Shown: piece by piece, positions 9,089-18,376 of the stretch
Layout: every line of letters begins with the position of its first letter
How positions within the stretch are numbered: position 1 is the first letter of the stretch
Position numbers and translations under genes: made by a program
IMG/VR virus record: IMGVR_UViG_3300030372_002307
Location: 1 to 35,593 of that record
Length of the DNA stretch: 35,593 nucleotides
Source: a virus
Taxonomy: Duplodnaviria > Caudoviricetes
Direction: 5' to 3' (one strand)
The notes under the pieces: model-generated
Seen by the model: the letters and a program-made list of their open reading frames with translations, nothing else
Databases searched by the model: none
Told to the model about the DNA's origin: nothing

Positions 9089-9419
9089 TAAAGCAGATGC
9101 ATTAGCACGCTCAGTATACGCACACAAAAACAATGATAGAAGTATGGAGTTAGCGAAAGCACTAGGTTTGAATGTATCAGACTATGCCTCCATTAGGATA
9201 TTACATGAAAAGGTATCATCTAATCCCTCATGGGAGAATCAAAGAAGTCCACATGGATTGATGGTAGACTGTACATATCTAGTGGCTAAGAAGAAAGGTA
9301 TGAAAGTAAGCGCACAAAAGATTCGTAAACTCACTATGGAATTATTCGATGTTAGCACACAACCTAGACCTAGTGTGTGGCAGAGATATTTCAAGAAAGA
9401 GATAGAGGAATGTCTATGA
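9081..9419 (+). CDS. Stand-alone TFB/TFIIB-like cyclin repeat protein
   Basis: QRSPHGLMVDCTYLVAKKKGMKVSAQKI...FDVS resembles the TFB repeat GRSPxGLAAAxxYIA...xTQxEIA...GVS. Confidence 0.5.
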   Translation: MSDKADALARSVYAHKNNDRSMELAKALGLNVSDYASIRILHEKVSSNPSWENQRSPHGLMVDCTYLVAKKKGMKVSAQKIRKLTMELFDVSTQPRPSVWQRYFKKEIEECL

Positions 9420-10144
9420 AAAAGAATAGATTACCAAGATTAGAAGTGGGCGATAAAGATTGCTTTAATCGAATACACAAGAGTAAAAAAACCTCTAATT
9501 ATAGATGGCATGATATTAATAATTATTGGAAAAATAGTCCGTTGTATGAATCATTCATTAACAAATCATTTTATGATGGTGTATGTTGTATGGCTTGTGG
9601 TAGTTATCACGACTATGGAAAACTAGGTAAATTTGAAAGAGCGCATATAACATGCTCCTTTTATGGAGGTTCTAACTATGAATCTAATTTACATATCTTA
9701 TGTAGAAAATGCCATTTAGGAAGTGAAATGTTAGACGGTTGGGTTTATTGGTTATGGTTGGGTTTGAAGTCCCAATTATATGAAAATGGCACTTTGAATT
9801 CTTATGAATATGATTATCCCGATGAGGAAACTTGTAAGGCCGATGATGGAAAAATGTCAAAAGAACTATTAATTCCTTACGAGTATGGTAGCGCACATAA
9901 AATCAAAGAGTACGCCAAAGATATAGTGTTGTTAAATCAAATAGAGGGGATGCTTTTCAAAGAAGACCACGCTTGTCTTATATTACATAAACCTGAATTA
10001 TTTAGACTTAAATGTGAATTTAAAAACTTAGAGGAGATTTTAAAAATAGATGAAACTTTACATTTAAACCCTTTATCAGAAAGAGAAGTCATAGAAAAAT
10101 TTGGAAAAAAAATTGAAGATGTTGGGTGGAGGAAGCACATATGA
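9416..10144 (+). CDS. HNH endonuclease
   Basis: CMACG...ERAHI...GGSNYESNLHILCRKCH; ATG 9416 (ATGA overlap) preferred. Confidence 0.8.
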   Translation: MKKNRLPRLEVGDKDCFNRIHKSKKTSNYRWHDINNYWKNSPLYESFINKSFYDGVCCMACGSYHDYGKLGKFERAHITCSFYGGSNYESNLHILCRKCHLGSEMLDGWVYWLWLGLKSQLYENGTLNSYEYDYPDEETCKADDGKMSKELLIPYEYGSAHKIKEYAKDIVLLNQIEGMLFKEDHACLILHKPELFRLKCEFKNLEEILKIDETLHLNPLSEREVIEKFGKKIEDVGWRKHI

Positions 10145-11397
10145 TGTTCAGTAAGATTGCAGATATACATGAGCGTCTAAGACTAGGTGCTGATAGAGCA
10201 GAACAACTCTCACGTCTAAAGAATAAAGATGATGCGTTGTTATGCTATGAGTTGTTCTATCCAAGTGATGCACAGATTACACATAGTTCGGTTATATCAA
10301 GACTAGCAGAACAATCAGGAATTTATTATGATGTAGTAAAAGATTTACTTCCTGAATCAGTTCCACTATGGATGACACTTGCATCTGAGAGTAGCGCATC
10401 AGGTTCAAGAGGTTACAGTGCAAAAGACGTTTTGGACTTTCCTTATAAAGCAGCATCGTTATTAGAAACAGCGCATCGTTTCAATGAGATTGAGGCTAGA
10501 TTGGTTTGGAGATTTGTTACTAAATCTAAACCTGTCATTAGTAAGAGAACGTTCTTTGGAACTATAGCACGACTCAAGAAGTTACCACCGTATGTAGTAA
10601 AGAGTAACATGACTAGAGATACTCTAATCAAAATGTATGATGACCCCGAGGGAGTCAAAGCACTAGAGCACTGGTATCAATTCCCTAATATGTTTCCTGC
10701 CCCTATGAGATGGAAGGCTTGGAATAAATTACATCCACCCGAAGAGCACACAGTTGCTATACCAATACCATCTAATGCATTGGTTTATTCCTGTCAAGGT
10801 AGTTTAAGGAATCGTAATGGAGATAGAATCAAGAGAGTGGCTAATGATAATGCTTACGTAGAAATGGCAGGTGACGTGGTACTGGACTACGTGAACTATG
10901 ATAGTCCTCATTTATCGTTTATAGAGAGGACTAAAGAACAGAGTATAATCAAGTTTGATTTGACACAACATGGGGCATGGGATGGTACTTTGAAGTGTCT
11001 AAAAGAAGATGATGTAGAATGTATAAGATTTGTTAATCCTAATCAAACATTCAAGCCTGATGGGATAGGAGGTTACGTTATGTATCCACACCGTAATCGA
11101 ATATTCCTACGTCTAAATAATAAACTGAAAGATAACGGGTGGGAACTTGCCGCACTAGATGGTGTAGATGATTTCTTACCTGTGTGTACTATAATTAAAG
11201 AGGATTTGAATATGGAGATAGATGATGAGTCTTGTATTGTAGTAGAAGTAATCGCTATCAGAGTTAACAGTGATGGCGAAGTAATAGAGAAAGAATTTGT
11301 GGATATAAGAAACGATTTGGGTATCAGTGATGTTATCCAAATCACAGAACTAATAGAAAGAGGAATGGAAAATGACGAGAATAATAAGACAGAGTGA
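10141..11397 (+). CDS. ATP-dependent DNA ligase-like protein, apparently lacking the catalytic motif
   Basis: DBD-like N-term (FSKIADIHERL); remnants PMRW, RNRNGDRI and LSFIER; OB-like C-term IVVEV...FVDIRNDL..SDV; no KxDG. Confidence 0.6.
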   Translation: MMFSKIADIHERLRLGADRAEQLSRLKNKDDALLCYELFYPSDAQITHSSVISRLAEQSGIYYDVVKDLLPESVPLWMTLASESSASGSRGYSAKDVLDFPYKAASLLETAHRFNEIEARLVWRFVTKSKPVISKRTFFGTIARLKKLPPYVVKSNMTRDTLIKMYDDPEGVKALEHWYQFPNMFPAPMRWKAWNKLHPPEEHTVAIPIPSNALVYSCQGSLRNRNGDRIKRVANDNAYVEMAGDVVLDYVNYDSPHLSFIERTKEQSIIKFDLTQHGAWDGTLKCLKEDDVECIRFVNPNQTFKPDGIGGYVMYPHRNRIFLRLNNKLKDNGWELAALDGVDDFLPVCTIIKEDLNMEIDDESCIVVEVIAIRVNSDGEVIEKEFVDIRNDLGISDVIQITELIERGMENDENNKTE

Positions 11398-11815
11398 AGA
11401 CGACAATGGATTCTTTATCGGATTGGGCTACATTTTAGCATCGATGCGATTCAAAGTTTACATAGTGAAGAAAGCAGACAACACAGCAGGGTTTCAAGTA
11501 AGACGGAAAATCTACTGGTCACAGAAAAAGCCAAGGTTACCTATGGTCCCGAAGATAGACTATGTACTATCTATTGCGGCCATGGGGTATCAAGATGAAT
11601 ATATCACTGGTGACCATTTGAATAGAATAGTACAGTTAGTAAAGAAACTGGATAATGAATATAACATAAGAGATTCATTTGTTGACCAAATAGGATTTCA
11701 TATGCTTTGTTGGACAATTGATAATCCCCATCCACAAAACTATGAAGAGTTTGTAGAGTGGGCTTTAGCATTTGATGATGAAGAAAAAATGATGGTGGAA
11801 TTCGATGAAAACTGA
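11372..11815 (+). CDS. Hypothetical protein, possible degenerate LAGLIDADG fold
   Basis: FKVYIVKKADNTAGFQVRRKIYWSQK resembles LAGLIDADG beta1-beta2; no acidic LAGLIDADG helix end. Confidence 0.45.
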   Translation: MTRIIRQSEDDNGFFIGLGYILASMRFKVYIVKKADNTAGFQVRRKIYWSQKKPRLPMVPKIDYVLSIAAMGYQDEYITGDHLNRIVQLVKKLDNEYNIRDSFVDQIGFHMLCWTIDNPHPQNYEEFVEWALAFDDEEKMMVEFDEN

Positions 11816-11839
11816 TTCAGTATATAAAGAAACAGTATT
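11816..11839 (+). promoter_or_regulatory. Conserved 24-bp motif, copy 3, heading the replication genes
   Basis: TTCAGTATATAAAGAAACAGTATT (1 mismatch); flanks AAACTGA and ACWGATTTT shared with copy 2. Confidence 0.75.
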
Positions 11840-11866
11840 ACAGATTTTAGAAAAGAGGGAGATAAA

Positions 11867-12781
11867 ATGAATGCAGAAGTACATTGTATAGAGGATATCG
11901 CTGGACAATCAGCATTTAAGAAAGATGCTATTGGTTGGAGAGAAGATGGTAAATATCCTAATGCTATTTTATTATATGGCCCCCCGGGAATCGGTAAGAC
12001 TACAAGTGCCCATGTGATAGCAAGAGAACTACTTGGTGAATTTTATGACCCTATCAATTACATAGTCACAAATGCTAGTGACGACAGAGGTATTGATTTC
12101 ATACGTAAAGACTTGAAACAGTGGAGTAAAGTTAGAGCCATTGGTGCTGACCGTAGAGTAATCATAATGGATGAGGCCGATGGTCTTACTCCTGCGGCTC
12201 AAGATGCGGCTAGACAAATTATAGAAACCAATGCTGACACTACATTGTTTATCCTCACTGCTAATGATGTGAGTAAGATACGCCCTGCTATCAAGAGTAG
12301 GTGTGTATGTTATGAGTTCACTAAGATTTCAAATGAAGATGGTGCTAAGAGATTAAAACAGATATGGCCTGAATCGAATTGGGACGATACATTCGTTAAA
12401 CTAATGAGTCACGTAGGTGGTGATTTACGTAGTGCAATTGCTATTGTTAAGAATCACTCTAATGAGGAATCTTTACTTAAAACATTATCAGATGAAGGTA
12501 ATGGTAGTAAGACCGCTCTTGCGGCTATCAGTGGTGAGTATGGAGACATGCGTAAACAATTTTATTCTATGCTTGACAGAGGTATGAGTCTTACCTTTGT
12601 CATGAAAACATTTCATGAGAACCTAACTGAGTTCTTTGAGATGGATACAGATACAACATGGACAATCATGAGTGTACTAGGTGAAATGATACCTAACATG
12701 TATGAATGGCCTATCGGTTCATATTCCTTTATAGATTGCTTTGTTGCAAGACTAAAAAAGGAGGTAGAAAAAAATGATTGA
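11867..12781 (+). CDS. rfcS: Replication factor C small subunit (clamp loader)
   Basis: GPPGIGKT, NASDDRGID, DEAD, SRC, GDLRSAI. Confidence 0.93.
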   Translation: MNAEVHCIEDIAGQSAFKKDAIGWREDGKYPNAILLYGPPGIGKTTSAHVIARELLGEFYDPINYIVTNASDDRGIDFIRKDLKQWSKVRAIGADRRVIIMDEADGLTPAAQDAARQIIETNADTTLFILTANDVSKIRPAIKSRCVCYEFTKISNEDGAKRLKQIWPESNWDDTFVKLMSHVGGDLRSAIAIVKNHSNEESLLKTLSDEGNGSKTALAAISGEYGDMRKQFYSMLDRGMSLTFVMKTFHENLTEFFEMDTDTTWTIMSVLGEMIPNMYEWPIGSYSFIDCFVARLKKEVEKND

Positions 12782-14081
12782 AGAAAAAGATAATGATAAA
12801 GAAGAATGGAAAGAACTACCAAGCGGTGTTCTTGAACGACTAGAAAAGTATGCTGAACGTATGAAAAGAGATATGAATACTGTTTATGCAGAGTTTCTAA
12901 AGTACATAGAACACCATGGTTGTTACAATTGGAAAGACGAAGAAGAAGACCTACTAGAGGATTGGGCAGAGCAAATGGTTGTTGAGTTTAGAACAGTCAG
13001 TGGTTCGAGTATGTCAGGTATGATACCTTTTGTTGGATGTTTTGTAGGAGTCGCTGAAAAAACCCAAGATAGACGTGTAAACTTAGTGAGAAAAGCGAAA
13101 AGAGATTTTACTCTCGATGCTAGTAATGCAGTAGATAGTGGGTTTGTAGGACACTATGAAAAATCAGGAGGAAAATGGATTCTTGTCACTAAAAATGGAA
13201 AAGAAGATGTGGGTTTGTCTATAGATGAAGTACCCGAACATACATTCCTAGCAGATGGTGAAAGAATATGTTTACTTGCACAAAATGGTAAACCTAAAGC
13301 CATGTCCATGTTGGGTCGTTACTACTACTTCTTGGGCGCTCGTGAAGAAGAATTTACCAATGATAACGCCATCCAAATGTGGAGATTAGACATGCAAGGT
13401 GAAGATAGAGACGCTGAGGTAATTATTGGTGAACCGTGTACAATCATGGTTAGACCTCCTAATGAAAATGCAGCAGAAGGTTGGAAAGACGTTCTAAACG
13501 TATCTATGGGTACTCGTGATAACATAGTTTACAACGATGGATTTGTAAAAGCAGAAATGACGCATTTATTAAACCCATATAGATTATGGTTAGACAAAGA
13601 ACTACATGGTATGTATACACCACTAGAAGATTTAGTAGAGGCTTACGAAACAGGTAGTAGAAGTTTCACTATCAACGGTGAACAAGGTAAATCAGGACCA
13701 ATAGTATTCACTAAAGGTACAGTAAACCGCATGAGCACAGAAGGTAGAGACAGTGAATATGATGAAAGAGGTAAAAGTTATTCTCTAAGTTTGACATCCA
13801 CAGGACTACACAGTTCTTATGGTCAAGGAAATAATAGCGAAGTTATGTGTTGGATTAGCGGTGCTTGTAATGATTTAACAAGTCCTTTTGTCGCTAGACA
13901 AGGCGAAGAAATCATACCTTACGCAGAACGCTCTACTGTTTTAGTATGTGGACGTGTGGCTGTTAAGAGAAAAGACGGTAGAGACATTCCTAGTTTGAAA
14001 GTCTTAGGTGTTTATGCTCACCCAAGAAGAATCAGGAAAAGAGAAGACGGTGGAGACACAAGTAAGTCTCAATTCGAATGA
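12774..14081 (+). CDS. Putative RPA-like OB-fold ssDNA-binding protein
   Basis: 435 aa; helical N-term, beta-rich OB-like C-part (STVLVCGRV); located between RFC and recombinase genes. Confidence 0.5.
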   Translation: MIEEKDNDKEEWKELPSGVLERLEKYAERMKRDMNTVYAEFLKYIEHHGCYNWKDEEEDLLEDWAEQMVVEFRTVSGSSMSGMIPFVGCFVGVAEKTQDRRVNLVRKAKRDFTLDASNAVDSGFVGHYEKSGGKWILVTKNGKEDVGLSIDEVPEHTFLADGERICLLAQNGKPKAMSMLGRYYYFLGAREEEFTNDNAIQMWRLDMQGEDRDAEVIIGEPCTIMVRPPNENAAEGWKDVLNVSMGTRDNIVYNDGFVKAEMTHLLNPYRLWLDKELHGMYTPLEDLVEAYETGSRSFTINGEQGKSGPIVFTKGTVNRMSTEGRDSEYDERGKSYSLSLTSTGLHSSYGQGNNSEVMCWISGACNDLTSPFVARQGEEIIPYAERSTVLVCGRVAVKRKDGRDIPSLKVLGVYAHPRRIRKREDGGDTSKSQFE

Positions 14082-14091
14082 GGTGATGTGA

Positions 14092-15096
14092 ATGGCTGGA
14101 TTTGGTAAGACAAAACAAATCGTTGATGATTTAGAAAAAGATGAAGGTATACCTATAGAAGTGGGTAAAGACACCCATGCTCATCATGTTGCTAAATCAG
14201 GAGACCCTTTCTCTGATTTAATAAATGAATATCATGTACTTGATAACACACCATTAACACATTTGTTCGTAGGTATAGCAGGACATGAGAACACAGGTAA
14301 GACTGCCATTGTTACAGATGCTTTTGTGAATGATAAGAAAGCAGAAGAACTCAATGAAGAACTTTGGATTATAGATTTTGAAGGTGGAGGCGCCGCTAAT
14401 AAGTCAGCGTTCCATAAAAACAATCCAAGAATTAAAATTTGGGAGCCATCGGTAACACTGAAAGGTGAACCATCGGCGATTGATTATCCCGCTACACATA
14501 AGCGTGTAATGAGGTTATTACAATTCGCAGTTGATGTTGCACAAAAACAACGCACGCCTGATTACAAAGGACCTAGAATATGGGGTCTCCATGTAACAGG
14601 TGTGGATATATGGGATAATGTATGTGTTAATTGTATGCGTATAGTAGACCTAAATATCGCTAAAGATGGTATTGAAGCGGCGGATTGGAATAAAAAAGTA
14701 GGACATCAATGGGATTGGGCTATTAGAAAAACTAGATTCCATAATCTTACAGGACTATGTAGAGCGCTTATTAAAGCAGGTGTCAGAGTATTTTGGGAAA
14801 CCCACTTAAGACTCACGAACTATTCGTGGGGTAGTAGTGAGGAAGCAAATGCTAAATGGAGACCTGATTGGGAAAAAGCCTCTAACAATTTTATGTATCA
14901 AATATTGATATGTAATCGTAAAGATATATATGATGATGAAACAGGAGATGTGGTACGTTCAGAGTACAACGTGACGTTTGAGAAAAGTAAAACTAATGCT
15001 AAATTACAAGGGCAGAAGAGAACAATTCTCGTAACTGAAACAGGTAAAGACCCTCAGTGGTTTGGATTACCTGAGTTGTATGATGGAACATTATAA
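14092..15096 (+). CDS. RecA/RadA-superfamily P-loop ATPase (Sak4/AAA_24-like)
   Basis: Walker A GHENTGKT, IIDFEGG, VFWETH; GAGGTGA RBS. Confidence 0.7.
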   Translation: MAGFGKTKQIVDDLEKDEGIPIEVGKDTHAHHVAKSGDPFSDLINEYHVLDNTPLTHLFVGIAGHENTGKTAIVTDAFVNDKKAEELNEELWIIDFEGGGAANKSAFHKNNPRIKIWEPSVTLKGEPSAIDYPATHKRVMRLLQFAVDVAQKQRTPDYKGPRIWGLHVTGVDIWDNVCVNCMRIVDLNIAKDGIEAADWNKKVGHQWDWAIRKTRFHNLTGLCRALIKAGVRVFWETHLRLTNYSWGSSEEANAKWRPDWEKASNNFMYQILICNRKDIYDDETGDVVRSEYNVTFEKSKTNAKLQGQKRTILVTETGKDPQWFGLPELYDGTL

Positions 15097-15111
15097 TACT
15101 CCACCCTCACG

Positions 15112-15208
15112 GAGAAAAGGTTGACCAAGTAATAGCGGGAAAATGTTTGGTTTAACTCTACAGAGTATAGGTATAGTGGTTTTTTACACGAACCCGCTTC
15201 CTTTTCTC
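15112..15208. other. Intergenic nested inverted repeats (structured RNA/DNA element)
   Basis: GAGAAAAGG(15112-20)/CCTTTTCTC(15200-08); AGCGGG(15134-39)/CCCGCT(15193-98); inner ACTC-taca-GAGT. Confidence 0.6.
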
Positions 15209-15225
15209 TCAGGACAGGTGATAAC

Positions 15226-15981
15226 ATGGCTGAAATTAATATAAATAAAAAAGAATTAGTTGACTTCCTTACATCTTTTGGTAAGGATATTGAAGATATG
15301 AAGATAGAAGTAGATGCGAACAACACTATTACAGTTGAGATTGCATTCATATCACATTATGTACGTAAGGTATTATCTATTAATGGTAAAGTGATTAAAG
15401 CGGGCACTATAGAAATAAGTGACTTACCTAAAGTCATACAATTTATCAAGGCAACTAATAGTGATACCATTAAATTAAAACAAACAGCATCGGGTAAAAC
15501 ACTCTACGTGAGTGCTGATGCATCAAAGTTACAGATACCTTCTAGTAACACAATAGTGAGTTACTCCAAAGTACCTATGATATCTAGGTTAATAGAAAAA
15601 GCAGAAGAGTCTAAATGGACTATGTTTCATAAATCTGAACTATCTGTAACAGGCACTATCAATCTTGCAGATTTAGACATAGTGAGTAAGATGCGCACAG
15701 TATTAGATTCAAACCCTGTGTTTAAAATTATAGCACACGCAGGTGAGAATGAGTTTAGCATCACGACTGGTAAGAAACATGGAGTAAAGTTATTCACTAG
15801 CACAGAATTGAAAGATGCAGATGGGCCTAATGTTTCGATAGAATCTACATTCGGACCTTGGTTGATGGAAACTATGGGTATACTAGATGATGGAGATGCA
15901 ACGATACATTTCGGGGATTCTACAGTACTGGTTATAAAGCAACATCAAAATATGTTAATCGTTATAGACCAAAGAGCGTGA
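15226..15981 (+). CDS. Divergent sliding clamp (PCNA-like)
   Basis: 251 aa, two-domain beta-alpha pattern, directly upstream of polB and in the same block as RFC. Confidence 0.6.
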   Translation: MAEININKKELVDFLTSFGKDIEDMKIEVDANNTITVEIAFISHYVRKVLSINGKVIKAGTIEISDLPKVIQFIKATNSDTIKLKQTASGKTLYVSADASKLQIPSSNTIVSYSKVPMISRLIEKAEESKWTMFHKSELSVTGTINLADLDIVSKMRTVLDSNPVFKIIAHAGENEFSITTGKKHGVKLFTSTELKDADGPNVSIESTFGPWLMETMGILDDGDATIHFGDSTVLVIKQHQNMLIVIDQRA

Positions 15982-15985
15982 TTGA

Positions 15986-18376
15986 ATGATTATAGATTGG
16001 TTTTACGATGATGATGATTTTACTATCCCTAAGTTATATGAGAGAACTCGTGACAAGGATGGAGTGTTACATGAGCGTATCATATCAGAACATGATGATG
16101 GGTACATAAGACCTTTCTGTTGGATTCCTGAAAACATACCATCATGGAAAATACAAAGATTGAGTAATCGTTTTCCTAGCGCTAAGATACGTTGGGAGGA
16201 GACATCTATAGGATTGGATAAAGAGAAGTTAGTAAAACTAGAAGTTAGTAATCCTACAGACTTATGGGATATTAAAGACGAAATAAAAACTTATGAAGCG
16301 GATTTAGTTTACATAGACCAATATTTACTTTCTCGATATCCTAACAAAGTTCCTGACTTCCATCCTCGTATATGGTATTTCGATTTAGAATGGGATGTAG
16401 AAGATGGTTTTACTACCGTCATGGCTGTATCAGATACACATAACGAGCACAATGTAGTATTCGCTTGGAAAGAGGACAAAGACCTAATGAGTTCAAAATG
16501 GGTAGACAGAGAGGGTGGTTACATGCTACATGAATTTTGTAGTGAGGAGGCCATGCACGAGGCTTTTATCCAACACTTAGATGTGTGTAATCCTGACATA
16601 CTGGTGGCTCATGCTATCATGTGGGCTGATTTACCACATCTTATAGAACGTTTATCCAACCCTAACAGGTTGTCTCCCATTAACCAAGTCACTAAACCAT
16701 TCAAAAACAAAAGAGGTTACAAAGACACCGCTCAACCAATTAAAGGTAGGTTGTGTTGGGATTCATCAGCACAGCATAAACATGGTAGTGGTTTCGAAAC
16801 TATTTGGCAAATGTCAGGACGTGGTCAACTACCTAATCGTAAACTAAATACTATTGCTGAACAATTAGGACTAGGTAGTAAATTGACAGAAGAAATAGAG
16901 GGAATGACTGTATACAATGGTTGGAGAGATTATTATGAATCATTTGTAGATTACTGTTTACGTGACACTACTCTGTTAAGAGATATAGATGAGAAATTAA
17001 ATGCGACATCTTTCTTTATTGCTATGCAGCAACTCTGTGGGGTATCTTTCGGTAGCACACATAAGGTTACTAGATACTTCCGTGGACTGGTAGGTAGAAG
17101 AACAGAGATGAAAGCATTGAGTGCTAGGAATGTAAAAAGAGAAGCGCTTACTGCCGCTCATATTCCCGACCCCATTGGTGGTAGACACAAGGGTGTAGCA
17201 GTAGTGGATTATGCATCTCTATATCCCAACATCATACTCAGTGATAATCTATGTCATACTACTAAAAGAGATAGCGGGGGAGAAGGGATTAAAACACTCG
17301 GTAATGGTACACATTGGTGTCAAAAAGAAAAAGGACTTCTACCTAAGATTGTAGAGGAAATGCTGTCGTTACGTAAAGAGTATAAACTAAAAATGAAAGA
17401 GGCTGAAAATGCAGACATAAAACTCAGTTACGATATGTTACAATCGGCAACTAAAGTGGCTGTGAATGCTATCTACGGTATGACAGGAATGAAATCTTTA
17501 GTGGGAATGTGGATAGACTTAGATATAGCGTCCGCTATTACTTATCGTGGTAGAGAAGCGATTAGACATCTACTGACAGAAAGTGAATCACAGGGATATC
17601 AATCGCTATACGGACACACGGACTCAGCATTCATCAAAGTACCCTTCGATGAGGCACTATCTTTGGCAGAACATCTTACTAAGACTGCTCGTGATAAACT
17701 AAAATTATCCGCTATGGATGTAGAACTAGAAGCGTACTTTGATTATTGGACTACAGCCCCTATCAAGAACAGATATTTCGGAATTAAGGTGTGGCCTGAA
17801 TCAGATGCTGGTACTTTGAAAGTTGCAGGATATGAAATGAAAGCATCTACTTCTGCTAAAATCACTAAAAGGTTACAGAGCACTGCCATGCATCTAGTGG
17901 GGACTGGTAAAGACGAAGAAGAAGTTACTAGTCAATTACGTGAGATGGCTACTCCTGTTAGAGATGGATTAGCAGACATTAATGATGTAGTGTGTTCTAC
18001 ACGCATATCCATGCCTTTCAAGGATTACACATCACCTACCGCAGGTGTAAAGGCGGCTTTATATTATAATCAACAAATTGCTAAACATGAGAGTGATATG
18101 TGGAAGCAAGGAGATAGCGTCTCTTGGGTCTATGTGAAAGGAGTTAAGACAAATAAAGTAGACTATGTGAAGATAGGAGATAAACAAGAGAAAATTAGAT
18201 TCGTGGCGTTTAGAGAAAAGGAAGAACTAGACGAGTTCGTTATTGACTGGGGTAAGATAACAGACACCTTAGTCAAGAAAAAATTAATGCGTATTTATGA
18301 GAGCGTGGGTTGGGATGTGAATCCTGCCGCAGGTGCTATAGTGCCTAAATCATATTTTGAGGAGGAAATAAAATGA
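15986..18376 (+). CDS. polB: Family B DNA polymerase with 3'-5' exonuclease domain
   Basis: FDLEW, YCLRD, DYASLYPN, KVAVNAIYG, YGHTDS, KNRY. Confidence 0.96.
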   Translation: MIIDWFYDDDDFTIPKLYERTRDKDGVLHERIISEHDDGYIRPFCWIPENIPSWKIQRLSNRFPSAKIRWEETSIGLDKEKLVKLEVSNPTDLWDIKDEIKTYEADLVYIDQYLLSRYPNKVPDFHPRIWYFDLEWDVEDGFTTVMAVSDTHNEHNVVFAWKEDKDLMSSKWVDREGGYMLHEFCSEEAMHEAFIQHLDVCNPDILVAHAIMWADLPHLIERLSNPNRLSPINQVTKPFKNKRGYKDTAQPIKGRLCWDSSAQHKHGSGFETIWQMSGRGQLPNRKLNTIAEQLGLGSKLTEEIEGMTVYNGWRDYYESFVDYCLRDTTLLRDIDEKLNATSFFIAMQQLCGVSFGSTHKVTRYFRGLVGRRTEMKALSARNVKREALTAAHIPDPIGGRHKGVAVVDYASLYPNIILSDNLCHTTKRDSGGEGIKTLGNGTHWCQKEKGLLPKIVEEMLSLRKEYKLKMKEAENADIKLSYDMLQSATKVAVNAIYGMTGMKSLVGMWIDLDIASAITYRGREAIRHLLTESESQGYQSLYGHTDSAFIKVPFDEALSLAEHLTKTARDKLKLSAMDVELEAYFDYWTTAPIKNRYFGIKVWPESDAGTLKVAGYEMKASTSAKITKRLQSTAMHLVGTGKDEEEVTSQLREMATPVRDGLADINDVVCSTRISMPFKDYTSPTAGVKAALYYNQQIAKHESDMWKQGDSVSWVYVKGVKTNKVDYVKIGDKQEKIRFVAFREKEELDEFVIDWGKITDTLVKKKLMRIYESVGWDVNPAAGAIVPKSYFEEEIK

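Noticed and set aside
2209-11839. 24-bp repeats as a CRISPR array
   Set aside because: The copies are kilobases apart in separate intergenic gaps, with no spacer periodicity
15097-15225. tRNA gene or hammerhead ribozyme in the spacer
   Set aside because: No cloverleaf or GTTCRA T-loop, and no CTGANGA...GAAA core
18359-18376. Programmed -1 frameshift fusing PolB to the PIP peptide
   Set aside because: No canonical slippery heptamer; the identical junction at 7777-7794 is an ordinary SD plus ATGA overlap
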